Made by a program: the position numbers and the translations under genes
DNA from: an uncultured Erysipelotrichaceae bacterium
Lineage (GTDB): Bacteria; Bacillota_I; Bacilli_A; RFN20; CAG-826
Length of the DNA: 64,000 bases
Direction of reading: 5' to 3'
Assembly: GCA_947166565.1 (NCBI GenBank)
Contig: CAMVEL010000007.1
Location: 7,323-71,322 of the forward strand
The notes under the pieces: model-generated
Databases searched by the model: none
Told to the model about the DNA's origin: nothing
The model's input: only the letters and a program-made list of their open reading frames with translations
Shown here: one piece after another, positions 1 to 9,314 of the stretch
Position numbering within the stretch: the first letter of the stretch is position 1
Layout: each line of letters starts with the position of its first letter

Positions 1-2055
1 AGGTTCCCATCTTTGAAAGAAGTTTCCAAATTAGCGAGGGCCTCATTCATTATCCGAAGCCCGTCATTGGAAGTCGGCACCATATTTCCGTTTCCATCAT
101 CCTTATAGCTATACGGGATGAACCAATTGCTTTTTTGGGTATCCGCGAGGATTTTGCTCTTGGTTTCGTAATCTTTTGTCATCTCGTCCTTTAAGGCCTT
201 TGTGTAGCAAAGAGAGCTAGGCATTAAAGTCAAATAGGATTCTTCGGTAGGTCTAAGGACTCCAACGATTTTGCAGCTAAAGGCGTTGTGATCTTCGTGA
301 TAGAAGGCTTCCATGTCGTTTGGCCCCCTAAAGACCTTTATCTCTTTGGGGCTGGATTCATCGTGGGTTCCGACAAATTTCAAAGTGGAGGTATCCGGAA
401 CGCCATTGTTGATGGTTCCCTCTAAATAAACGTCGCTCCATTGTTCCCTATATTGGAGGAAGGGGTTTTCCAAAGCATAGAAATCGGAATTCCTATAGCA
501 TTTATATTCCTTGAATTTTGTGTCCTCAGGCCCGGAATAGAGGATATCGGAGAAATTGAAGGCTTTCTTTTCGTCGGAAAGTTCAGCATAGCTTGATTCG
601 GAAAGAATGCCCAAATACCTTAGGGTAGAGAATTCGACGCGATTGAATCTATCGACCACGAGAACAAGTTCATCTTCTTTTTCAGGCATGCGTCCCTCGA
701 TTACCTTGTAATAATGATCGAGAAGGTTTTCGTCGCCATAAAGCTCATGGATGATGGTTCCTGGAATAGAGGCATAAGAAGATAGCATGCTGCCAATGGT
801 TCCGGCGTTTCTTGAAGCGTTTATATAAATTACCTTACCCATGTCGCCGTTTTCGGTATAAAAATGAAAGTCGAGGCCTTTTCTATTCTCCAAAATGGAC
901 ATCGCGGTTCCATAGGCCGGGCATTTTGGGTCTTCGACGATGGCGTTCAAATAGTTTAGATACTCCCTAGAGAAAACGTTTTGATGGGAAACATAGGAAC
1001 TATAACTTGTATCGTAAACCCGGAGTTTACCATCGTCTGGAAATTCGTTAAGGCTATTGTAGTTGTCTTTGTTATTTGATCTTGAGGAATAGGTGGTTGG
1101 GGAAATTGTTATAGGAACAGAGCTGCCAACAGAGGTTTCGACGTTGTTAACGTATGTTCTAAAGCCGTTTGAGGCACCTAGAACAAGGCAAACGCCGATT
1201 ACTCCAATTGAGCAGGCAATTGCAGTTACGATATTTCTCCCTTTCTTTAGGAAAATGTTTTGGAAGGACGTTGCAAAGGCCGACCAAATAGGCATTTTGG
1301 ATTTCCCAAGCCCTTTGTTTTCCTTGGGAGCTTCTCCGGTTGCTTCCAGCCTATTGGAATCAGAAGCAATTTTGCCGTCTTCGACAACAATGATTCTGTC
1401 CGCGTATTTTTTGGCGAGGACCTCGTTATGGGTGACAACCAAAACAAGCCTATCCTTTGATAATTCCTTAAGGAGTTCAAGGATTGTAACCGAGGATTTG
1501 CTATCGAGGGCTCCGGTGGGCTCATCGCAAAGAATAACCGAAGGATCGTTTATTATGGCCCTAGCTATAGCCACCCTTTGTTGTTGCCCGCCAGATAGTT
1601 CGCCAGGTTTTTTCTTGAGATCTTCGTTTAGCCCTACTTTTTTTAAAGCGGTTTTTGCCTTAGCTGTTCTTTCTTCCCTTTTTGTTCCGTTTAAAGACAA
1701 CGGGAGGGTGACGTTCTTTTCCAAAGAATATGAAGAAACCAAATTATAGCTTTGGAAGACAAATCCAATGTGTTTGTTCCTATAACTGTCCCAATCCGAA
1801 GGAGAAAAATCCTTAGTGGAGACACCGTCAATCAGCAAATCGCCTTCCTGAAAATGGTCGAGCCCCCCAATTATGTTTAACAAAGTGGTTTTTCCTGAGC
1901 CAGAAGGACCCAAAATAACCACAAATCCAGTTCTTGGAAGGGAAAGGTTAACGTCTTTTAACGCCTCAAAAGAAATCTTGCCTGTCCGGTATTCTTTTTT
2001 GACTCCCCTTAGTTCTAGGAGTATATCGTTATTTTTCTCTTGGCCAGCGCTCATA
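1..2055 (-). CDS. ABC transporter, fused ATP-binding domain + FtsX/MacB-type permease (C-terminus runs off the window)
   Basis: Absent from the ORF track because it has no stop in the window. The reverse frame opens at ATG 2055 (MSAGQEKNNDILLELRGVKKEYRTGKISFEALKDVNLSLPRTGFVVILGPSGSGKTTLLNIIGGLD, Walker A GPSGSGKT) and stays open for 685 codons to position 1. After the NBD come a TM helix (IVTAIACSIGVIGVCLVLGA) and a large extracytoplasmic domain, as in MacB-like proteins. The plus-strand ORFs at 1093-2067 are its antisense shadows. Confidence 0.85.
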
Positions 2056-2119
2056 AACACGGTTTAGACACTGTATAAAGTATAGCATAGCGCGCGCTAC
2101 GCGGAAGAGGTCTTTTGTT

Positions 2120-2575
2120 TTATTTGCGTCTGACTTTGAAAAACTCGTCTATTAATTCTTTGCTCTTATCTGCCAAGACCCCTCGATAAATCAAAGGCGA
2201 TGGATAAACTTTGGCGGAAAATGGGTCTATTCCATTGGAAAAAGCCCCGAATTTGGGATCGTCTGCCCCATAAACCAAGGTAGAGATTCGACTTTGAGCA
2301 ATTGCGCCTGCACACATTGGGCAAGGTTCTAATGTCACGATGAGTTCACACCCCTCGAGTTGCCACCTTCCTAATTTCTTAGCAGCTTCCTCTAAGGCAA
2401 GTATTTCGGCATGCCCGGATATTTTGTTTTTCCCTTCCCTCACATTATGGGCAGAGGCAACGATTTCTCCGTTTTGCAAAACGACGGCGCCAACCGGAAC
2501 CTCTCCTTTCAGAGAAGCTTTTTTGGCCTCTTCCAAGGCTAGTTTCATAGCTTCAATCGTTTCCATATATTCCAT
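2120..2575 (-). CDS. tadA: tRNA-specific adenosine deaminase
   Basis: Deaminase zinc motifs HAE (SGHAEILALE) and PCPMC (LEPCPMCAGAI). I place the start at ATG 2575 (MEYMETIEAMKLALEEAK). The 38 upstream codons of the track ORF overlap the SRP RNA. Confidence 0.9.
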   Translation of the reverse strand: MEYMETIEAMKLALEEAKKASLKGEVPVGAVVLQNGEIVASAHNVREGKNKISGHAEILALEEAAKKLGRWQLEGCELIVTLEPCPMCAGAIAQSRISTLVYGADDPKFGAFSNGIDPFSAKVYPSPLIYRGVLADKSKELIDEFFKVRRK

Positions 2576-2582
2576 TAAAACA

Positions 2583-2663
2583 AAACCACCGCACAGGGGA
2601 CAATGGTTTAAGGCTGCTTGGTTCCCCACCTGACCTGGTTCGTCACTATCTCCTCGCGATGGC
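2583..2663 (-). ncRNA. ffs: Small (4.5S-type) signal recognition particle RNA
   Basis: The minus strand reads GCCATCGCGAGGAGATAGTGACGAACCAGGTCAGGTGGGGAACCAAGCAGCCTTAAACCATTGTCCCCTGTGCGGTGGTTTT. It contains the universal domain IV core CCAGGUCAGGU..GGAA..AAGCAGCC with a GGAA tetraloop. The 5' CCATCGCG pairs with the 3' TGTGCGGTGG to close a single long hairpin. Ends are approximate, within a few nt. Confidence 0.8.
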
Positions 2664-2669
2664 GGAGAG

Positions 2670-2678
2670 ATTTTACCA
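2670..2678 (-). promoter_or_regulatory. Extended -10 promoter (TGgTAAAAT) for SRP RNA
   Basis: The minus strand reads tatGGTAAAATctctccGCC. TGnTAAAAT lies 6-7 nt upstream of the first base of the SRP hairpin. Confidence 0.55.
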
Positions 2679-2801
2679 TATAGAACCAATTATTGTGATA
2701 CCCATATTTATGACTATTAATAAGTTTTTATGAACGATTGGAAACAATCAAAAAACTTGCAATTTAAGGATTTTTATCTGATTTTTGCGGATTTTTCTAT
2801 T

Positions 2802-4067
2802 TTATTCTTCTTGTTCAAATAAACCGCGTTTAATGTTGGCTAGCATTAGCTTCAAACGGTTTTCCTGATTAACTTGAGTTGACGAAGCGTCGAAATCCAA
2901 AGGAATGATGTTGGCGTCTGGGGCCAAATTCTTGACGGGCCTAATCATGCCCTTTCCGACTATATGGTTCGGAAGGCAGCCGAAAGGCTGAACGACAACG
3001 ACGTTTTTGACGTCTCCCGTAACATAGGCAACCATCTCGGCCGGAATAAGCCAGCCTTCACCCATCTTGACTCCATCGGAAATAACTTTTTTACCTTGTT
3101 CAAGAACATATTCGAAGTCTTCATAAGGATCGAACCCGCTTCCAGCCATTGCCTTAGCTTGTTTTCTTGTAGCTCTAAGGAAAGCCTTATAGGCCAAACG
3201 GAAAGCGGCAACGGTGGCTTTTCCTTGCCCGTATTTCCGATAATCATTGATGTTGTTATAGACACAATAGAGACAAAATTCCCCGAAAGAGGGATAAACG
3301 ACTTCGCAATCTTGGGATACGAGGAAATCGGCCAAGTGATTATTGGCATATGGGCTATATTTAACATATATCTCGCCAACGATTCCGACCCTTGGTTTTC
3401 TATTCTCCCTATCCGGTTCTAATCCTTTGAAGTTATTGAGGATCATCTTGTAGTTTTTGCTCGTTTGATAAAAGGAATGGTGCCCTATTTCGGAAATGAG
3501 GGTATCCATTGAATCCCTCAAAGCTTTTTGGACCTTTTCCTTATCATGATATGGTTCGGCTTGGTCTTTTAGGTTCATTAACATGTCGCCATACATAATC
3601 GCATGGAGCATCATCCTTAATTCCGTAAGGGTTAAAGGAATACTAAATAGTTTTTCTAGACCAGAAAAATTGATGGATAAGACAGGAACTGTCGGAAATT
3701 CTTTTTCCAACGCCTTCCTAATTAGGGAAATGTAATTTGATGCCCTGCAGCCTCCGCCTGTTTGACTCATAATGACTGCGGTTTTATTCAAATCGTATTT
3801 CCCGGTTTTTAGTTCGGTGATAAATTGACCGGTTGTGATAATAGCCGGATAGCAAGCATCGTTTTGGACGGTTCTAAGCCCTTCGTCTTTTGCTTCTCTT
3901 CCCATAGGGGGAACAACAACTACATTGAGTCCGCTTCTATTGACGATATTTATGAAAAGCTCGAAAGTAATCGGAAGCATATCAGGAGCGATAATCGTGT
4001 AATGCTCCTTACGAAACTTCTTCCAAAGGGCTTTTCTTTCCTTTTTTTCCGCTTTCTTGGGGTTCAT
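2802..4067 (-). CDS. 2-hydroxyacyl-CoA dehydratase-like / DUF2229-type partner subunit of the upstream activase fusion (function unknown)
   Basis: 421 aa, overlapping the upstream gene by 4 nt. It shares the motifs DACYPA (VQNDACYPAIITTGQ) and FGC (QPFGCLPNH) with the C-terminal half of the 981-aa protein (SDTACYPAKIMHGH, SFGCGVDAI), which suggests an alpha/beta-like pair. Confidence 0.6.
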   Translation of the reverse strand: MNPKKAEKKERKALWKKFRKEHYTIIAPDMLPITFELFINIVNRSGLNVVVVPPMGREAKDEGLRTVQNDACYPAIITTGQFITELKTGKYDLNKTAVIMSQTGGGCRASNYISLIRKALEKEFPTVPVLSINFSGLEKLFSIPLTLTELRMMLHAIMYGDMLMNLKDQAEPYHDKEKVQKALRDSMDTLISEIGHHSFYQTSKNYKMILNNFKGLEPDRENRKPRVGIVGEIYVKYSPYANNHLADFLVSQDCEVVYPSFGEFCLYCVYNNINDYRKYGQGKATVAAFRLAYKAFLRATRKQAKAMAGSGFDPYEDFEYVLEQGKKVISDGVKMGEGWLIPAEMVAYVTGDVKNVVVVQPFGCLPNHIVGKGMIRPVKNLAPDANIIPLDFDASSTQVNQENRLKLMLANIKRGLFEQEE

Positions 4068-7009
4068 TTTTTATCCCTTTCTTTTGCGTCTTCGACCGCA
4101 GCAACCAAGGAACGAAGACGAATGCGGACCGCTCCAAGGTTATTGATCTCGTCAATTTTGATTTGGGTATAAAGCCTGCCGGATTCTTCCAAAATTCGCC
4201 TAACTTCATCGGATGTAATGGCATCGACGCCACAACCGAAGCTAACGAGGTGGACGATTTCCATGTCTTTCTGGGTCTTAACGAAGTTTGCGGCATCATA
4301 AAGCCTTGCGTGATATGTCCATTGATTCAAAACGTGGAGTTTTTCTCTTTCTGTGTTGTAATCAAAACAGTCCTCGGACAAAACCGCGACGCCCATTCCA
4401 TCTAGAAGCTTGTCGACGCCATGATTGATTTCCCTATCGACGTGATAAGGCCTTCCGACCAAGACGATCATTTCCTGATTGTTTTCTCTGGCGGTTTTGA
4501 TAATCTCCGCGCCTTTAGCCTTAACGTCGGACCTATATCTTATTTCTTCATCCAACCCGATTTTGAATGCACGGGCCACTTCTTTTTTCGAAATCCCGTG
4601 TTTCTTTAAGGCGGAATAAAGGGTTTCGATTGTCTTTTTGTCGTTATTTAAATCAACGAACGGGTCAAGGAAGTTGTCGTCGCTCAGCCTAGTGTCGTTT
4701 CGTTTCAAAAGCTCACCATAATAAGCAACGACGGGGCAATTGTAATAATTGTCGCCTCGCTTTTCGTTAATGTTATAGGATTCCGAAGGATAGAAGATGA
4801 AATCTACGCCTTGTTCCAATAGATAATCAATATGCCCGTGCATTATCTTTGCGGGATAACAAGCCGTATCGCTAGGAATAGTCTTTTGGCCTCTTCTATA
4901 CAGACTTCTTGTGGAGATTGGACTTAATTCTACGGCGAATCCGAGTTCCTTGAAGAAGGCATCCCAGAGTGGAAGTTGTTCATACATGGCCAAGGTGAAA
5001 GGCAGACCGACTTTTCCCTTTGTGGCTTCTTTATCCGGATAACGTTGCAACAAACGCTTTCGCTTATAGTGATAAATATCGAGCGAGTGGTTCGCTTTGG
5101 GCTTTCCTTCACCTTTTTCACATTTGTTTCCAGAAATATAGACCCCGCCTTGAGGGAACCTAAGAATTGTCAGATTGCAATGTGATGTGCATTGCTGGCA
5201 ATTCGTATGGGCGGTCGTGTAAGTGAAGTTGTTGAGGTCTTCCAAAGATATAAGCCCACCTTTACCGCCTTTTTCTTTAGCGTATAACGCGGCTCCAAAG
5301 GCTCCCATCAATCCGGCAATGGATGGACGGATGACTTCATGCCCGATTTCCATTTCAAAACATCTAAGGACGGCGTTATTTAAGAACGTTCCGCCCTGGC
5401 AAACTATCCTTTCGCCAAGCTCGGTAAAGTTTCTAACCCTAATAACCTTGTATAAGGCGTTTTTAATGACAGAACGGGAAAGGCCCGCGGAAATATCTTC
5501 GATAGTAGCTCCGTCTCTTTGGGCTTCCTTAACGGAAGAATTCATAAAAACCGTACACCTACTACCTAATTCCACCGGATTTTTCGCATAAAGACCGAGC
5601 TTTGAGAATTCCTCTACGCCATATCCTAGCGCAGAAGCGAAGGAAGAAAGGAACGATCCGCAGCCAGAAGAGCAGGCCTCATTTAACATAATGGAATCAA
5701 TCGCCCCATTCCTAATTCGGAAACACTTTATGTCTTGCCCTCCGATATCGATGATGAAATCAACGTTAGGTTCAAAGAATTTCGCGGCTTTGAAGTGGGC
5801 GACCGTTTCGACTAACCCGTAATCGACTTTTAAGGAATTCTTGATGAGTTCCTCGCCGTATCCCGTGACCGCCGATCCTTCAATTTTTAGGTCTTTTGTG
5901 CCCAAACGGTATATTGTTTTGATCTGAGCAACGATCTTTTCTATAGGGAGACCATTGTTGGGTTCATAATGCGAATAAAGGATGCGATTATCTTCTGATA
6001 GAAGAACGATTTTGGTAGTTGTAGAGCCTTCATCAATACCTAAATACGCTTTGCCTGAATATGTTTTGAGGTCTGCGGTCTTAACATCAAAATCCTTGTG
6101 GCGTTTCAAGAAGGCCTCAAAGTCCTTCTCATCGGAGAAAAGGCGTTCTCCCGTTATGATTTGACCAGCGGTTTCCGCGTTTAGAAGCTTATTTTTCACA
6201 TCCTTTAGTTCCATGACTTCGTCACGGCGTTTTGCGTATAACGCGGCCCCTTTAGCCATGAAGGTGGAGGCGTCTTCTGGAAAGAAAGCGTGCTCTTGGC
6301 TTAGTTTTAATCTATCCATGAAGGCTCTTCTAAGGCCTTTGAGAAAGAACAACGGCCCTCCAAGGAACAAGACGTCGCCTTTGATTTCTCTTCCTTGGGC
6401 AAGCCCTGCGATCGTTTGGTCGGCAACCGCATAGAAAATTGATAGGGCTATATCTTCTTTTTTGGCGCCTTGATTAAGGATTGCTTGAATATCGGACTTG
6501 GCGAAAACACCACATCTAGAGGCGATGGGATATGCTTTTTCGGCCTTTAAGGCCATTTCGTCCATCTCGGGAAGAGAGATATTAAGAAGCGTGGCCATCT
6601 GGTCGATAAATGCCCCGGTGCCTCCCGCGCATTGCCCGTTCATTCTTTCTTCGACTCCGCCGGTAATAAAGATGATCTTGGCGTCTTCTCCACCTAATTC
6701 GATCGCGCAATCGGCGGTTGGGAAGAGTTTTTTGATGGCCAAGAAAGCGGATTCGACTTCCTGAACAAAGGGGAGGTCAGCTCTTTCCGATAATCCAAGA
6801 CCAGCAGAACCCGTTAAGGAAACCTTGACCTGAATATTGCCTAATTTCTGTTCGATTTCGGTTAGTTCCTGAAGCGCGGTCTCCTTAACTTTTGAGCCAT
6901 GCCTTACGTAATTTGCGTATAAACAGTTGTTATCAACGTCTAAAACCACGGCTTTCACCGTGGTCGATCCGACGTCTATTCCTAATGTATATACGGGATT
7001 ATTTTGCAT
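4064..7009 (-). CDS. Tandem BcrAD/BadFG-type (HgdC-like) ATPase 'activase' domains fused to a dehydratase-like domain
   Basis: There are two ASKHA phosphate-1 motifs (LGIDVGSTTVKAVVL, LGIDEGSTTTKIVLL). Each is followed by the paired cluster-ligand cysteines typical of HgdC-like activators (NGQCAGGTGAF + SRCGVFAKSD; NEACSSGCGSF + SRCTVFMNSS). A Cys-rich linker follows (CQQCTSHCN...GNKCEKG), then a C-terminal DUF2229-like part. Confidence 0.75.
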   Translation of the reverse strand: MQNNPVYTLGIDVGSTTVKAVVLDVDNNCLYANYVRHGSKVKETALQELTEIEQKLGNIQVKVSLTGSAGLGLSERADLPFVQEVESAFLAIKKLFPTADCAIELGGEDAKIIFITGGVEERMNGQCAGGTGAFIDQMATLLNISLPEMDEMALKAEKAYPIASRCGVFAKSDIQAILNQGAKKEDIALSIFYAVADQTIAGLAQGREIKGDVLFLGGPLFFLKGLRRAFMDRLKLSQEHAFFPEDASTFMAKGAALYAKRRDEVMELKDVKNKLLNAETAGQIITGERLFSDEKDFEAFLKRHKDFDVKTADLKTYSGKAYLGIDEGSTTTKIVLLSEDNRILYSHYEPNNGLPIEKIVAQIKTIYRLGTKDLKIEGSAVTGYGEELIKNSLKVDYGLVETVAHFKAAKFFEPNVDFIIDIGGQDIKCFRIRNGAIDSIMLNEACSSGCGSFLSSFASALGYGVEEFSKLGLYAKNPVELGSRCTVFMNSSVKEAQRDGATIEDISAGLSRSVIKNALYKVIRVRNFTELGERIVCQGGTFLNNAVLRCFEMEIGHEVIRPSIAGLMGAFGAALYAKEKGGKGGLISLEDLNNFTYTTAHTNCQQCTSHCNLTILRFPQGGVYISGNKCEKGEGKPKANHSLDIYHYKRKRLLQRYPDKEATKGKVGLPFTLAMYEQLPLWDAFFKELGFAVELSPISTRSLYRRGQKTIPSDTACYPAKIMHGHIDYLLEQGVDFIFYPSESYNINEKRGDNYYNCPVVAYYGELLKRNDTRLSDDNFLDPFVDLNNDKKTIETLYSALKKHGISKKEVARAFKIGLDEEIRYRSDVKAKGAEIIKTARENNQEMIVLVGRPYHVDREINHGVDKLLDGMGVAVLSEDCFDYNTEREKLHVLNQWTYHARLYDAANFVKTQKDMEIVHLVSFGCGVDAITSDEVRRILEESGRLYTQIKIDEINNLGAVRIRLRSLVAAVEDAKERDKK

Positions 7010-7010
7010 G

Positions 7011-8291
7011 TTATTTCTTTATAGGCTTGATAACTTCCAACCCACCCATGTATTTTCTTAAGACCTCAGGAATCAAGATAGATCCGTCTTCCTGTTGGCA
7101 TTGCTCAACAAGCGCGGGGAAGATACGCGAAGTCGCTAAGCCAGAACCGTTTAAGGTGTGGCAGAAATGCATTTTGCCATCCTCTCCACGATATCTGATC
7201 ATGCCTCTCCTCGCTTGATAGTCGCGAGCGTTGGAAACGGAAGAGACTTCTTTATAAATGCCCATGGAAGGAATCCAAACCTCAATATCATAGGTCCTAG
7301 CCATCGAATGGGAGCAATCCCCCGCGGCCAATTTATCCAATTGATATGTAAGTCCAAGGCCTTCAACAAGTTTTTGGGCTTTCTTGACCATCTCTTCGAA
7401 AGCGGCGTCACTACCTTCTTCGGTGGTGTATTGGACCATTTCAACTTTGTTGAATTGATATCCGCGAATCATGCCGCGTTCTTCGGTACGGTAACTGCCG
7501 GCTTCCTTTCTGTAGCAAGGAGTATAGGCGAAATATTTTCTTGGGAGGTCTGACTCGGAAAGGATTTCGTCGCGGTGGAGATTAACGAGCGCGGTTTCCG
7601 CGGTCGGAAGGATGAATTTACGGGGTTCGGTTCCTTCTAGCCAGAAAACGTCTTCCTCGAATTTTGGGAATTGTCCTGCCGTATAGCCCGAATTGTAATT
7701 GAGGATATGGGGAGGCAAAATCATCTCATAGCCATCGGCAAGGTGGGTTTCGATGAAATAATTGAGTAATGCCCATTCTAATCTGGCACCCAAATTGGTG
7801 TAGATCCAGGTGCCGTTCCCAGAGATCTTTGCGGCCCTCTTATAATCGATTAAGCCACAGGATTCACATAGATCAACGTGGTTCTTGGGAGTGAATTTCA
7901 TGGAATTCGGATCACCGAATTTGTAGATTGGGTGGTTGTTTTCCTTACCACCGGCGACAAGGTCATCATCTGGGATATTCGGCAAGACCTCAAGGAGGGC
8001 CTTAAGCTCTTCCTCAATCTTCTTAAGTCTTTCTTCGCCTTCCTTGTTTTCAGCCGCCAAAGCTTTCACGCGAGCGAAAATCGCTTGCACGTCCCCTCCG
8101 TTTTTCTTGACTTCGGGTACGGATTTGGATAATTGATTCTGCTCAGCCTTGTTGGCTTCGGTCTTTTTCAAGACGACAAGTCTTTCTTCAGCAAGGGCTT
8201 GGATGGGCTTTGGATCAAAATCCCATAGTTTTTTGGCAAGGGCTTCCTTTACACCCTCGGGGTTTTCAAGGATTCTTTTCAAATCAATCAT
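7011..8291 (-). CDS. serS: Seryl-tRNA synthetase
   Basis: 426 aa with an N-terminal coiled-coil arm and a class II core (FAYTPCYRKEAGSYRTEERGMIRGYQFNKVE, TLNGSGLATSR). Overlaps the upstream glycosyltransferase by 8 nt. Confidence 0.95.
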   Translation of the reverse strand: MIDLKRILENPEGVKEALAKKLWDFDPKPIQALAEERLVVLKKTEANKAEQNQLSKSVPEVKKNGGDVQAIFARVKALAAENKEGEERLKKIEEELKALLEVLPNIPDDDLVAGGKENNHPIYKFGDPNSMKFTPKNHVDLCESCGLIDYKRAAKISGNGTWIYTNLGARLEWALLNYFIETHLADGYEMILPPHILNYNSGYTAGQFPKFEEDVFWLEGTEPRKFILPTAETALVNLHRDEILSESDLPRKYFAYTPCYRKEAGSYRTEERGMIRGYQFNKVEMVQYTTEEGSDAAFEEMVKKAQKLVEGLGLTYQLDKLAAGDCSHSMARTYDIEVWIPSMGIYKEVSSVSNARDYQARRGMIRYRGEDGKMHFCHTLNGSGLATSRIFPALVEQCQQEDGSILIPEVLRKYMGGLEVIKPIKK

Positions 8292-9300
8292 GGCTTTTGG
8301 CCTCCTTTTTTTCGCTTAATAGCAAATTGTATACAGATTGGAGAAACGCTCCGCTGCGTTCGATTGAATTCTTCTTCGCAATCGCGAATGAAGCGTGGGT
8401 CGTTTCCTTTCCTTCGCCTTCGTAGATTTCCTCTAGAAATTGGAGAAGGGCGTCTTCCTTTTTGGCGATTTTTCCAGACACCCCATTGATTAATAAGGGG
8501 TTAAGGTCTTGATTACCGAGGGCGATGACCGGGGTTTTGGCCGAGAAGGCCTCCATCATTCCCGTGGCATCCGGAAGTTTGGAAAGCATCAAGTAGGCGG
8601 AAGCGTGTTTCATTGCGCTGCGATAGACATCATCGCTTAAGACCCTCGATATCTTAAGGTTCTTAGGGGCCTTATTCTTATAATGCCTCACGAGGAATTC
8701 CGCGTAACGGGGTGCGTATCCTAGGAAATAGAAACGCATCTTCGGCATCTTCTTAGCTAAGGAAAGAAGGGTTCTTAATTTCTTGGTTTCATAGAAATTC
8801 CCGGTGATTAAGACATATTTTCTTTCCTTGGAAACTCCGAAATAACGAAGGAAGAGGACGGATTCTATGTCGCTAAGGACGAATCTATCAGGGTTCACGG
8901 AAGGGTGCGAAACGAATATTTTGGATTTGATTCCGTTCTTTTCGCAGAATTTCTTAAGGGGGATCGAAGGGACGAGGACGGCATCCGCCTCATTGAGCAT
9001 CTTCTTGGCTTTTGGTCTAAGAAAGAATTGCCCCTTCGGATCCGCGATAAGCATTCTGGCATCCAAATCCCTTTCGCAGTAGAAGGCGGAGACCACGGTC
9101 TTGACGCCTTTGGCTTTCATTCTCCTCATAAGACCCAAGTCTTTATCGGAGACGAAGTGCGCGATATCGGGTTTGGAATACCTGTTATCGACCCATTCGA
9201 TGCCCATGGATTCGCATTCGCCTTTGAGGGTTTTCCTTAAGCGGTCACCCTCAAAAGCGTCGCGGTTCGAATTTGGTTGGTAATAGACGAGAACTCGCAT
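8284..9300 (-). CDS. GT4-family glycosyltransferase (possibly a glycolipid synthase)
   Basis: 338 aa with the C-terminal GT-B retaining-type motif (PDATGMMEAFSAKTPVIALG). Wedged between gyrA and serS with a 14-nt gap and an 8-nt overlap. Confidence 0.65.
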   Translation of the reverse strand: MRVLVYYQPNSNRDAFEGDRLRKTLKGECESMGIEWVDNRYSKPDIAHFVSDKDLGLMRRMKAKGVKTVVSAFYCERDLDARMLIADPKGQFFLRPKAKKMLNEADAVLVPSIPLKKFCEKNGIKSKIFVSHPSVNPDRFVLSDIESVLFLRYFGVSKERKYVLITGNFYETKKLRTLLSLAKKMPKMRFYFLGYAPRYAEFLVRHYKNKAPKNLKISRVLSDDVYRSAMKHASAYLMLSKLPDATGMMEAFSAKTPVIALGNQDLNPLLINGVSGKIAKKEDALLQFLEEIYEGEGKETTHASFAIAKKNSIERSGAFLQSVYNLLLSEKKEAKSHD

Positions 9301-9314
9301 TGAGCCCCCACTCC

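Noticed and set aside
1093-2067. Plus-strand ORFs of 218, 66 and 64 aa (and the minus-strand 92-aa ORF) at the left edge
   Set aside because: They are antisense or out of frame relative to a 685-codon minus-strand ABC ATPase-permease frame with clear Walker A and MacB-like features. Their sequences are low-complexity with no motifs.
2576-2689. 38-codon N-terminal extension of the tadA ORF
   Set aside because: The extension is the SRP RNA read as protein (PPSRGDSDEPGQVGNQAALNH...). The conserved deaminase N-terminus starts at M39.
7011-8300. T-box leaders upstream of serS and lysS
   Set aside because: serS overlaps the upstream glycosyltransferase gene. lysS has only about 75 nt of upstream spacer with no specifier or T-box sequence, so neither gene has room for a roughly 200-nt T-box.
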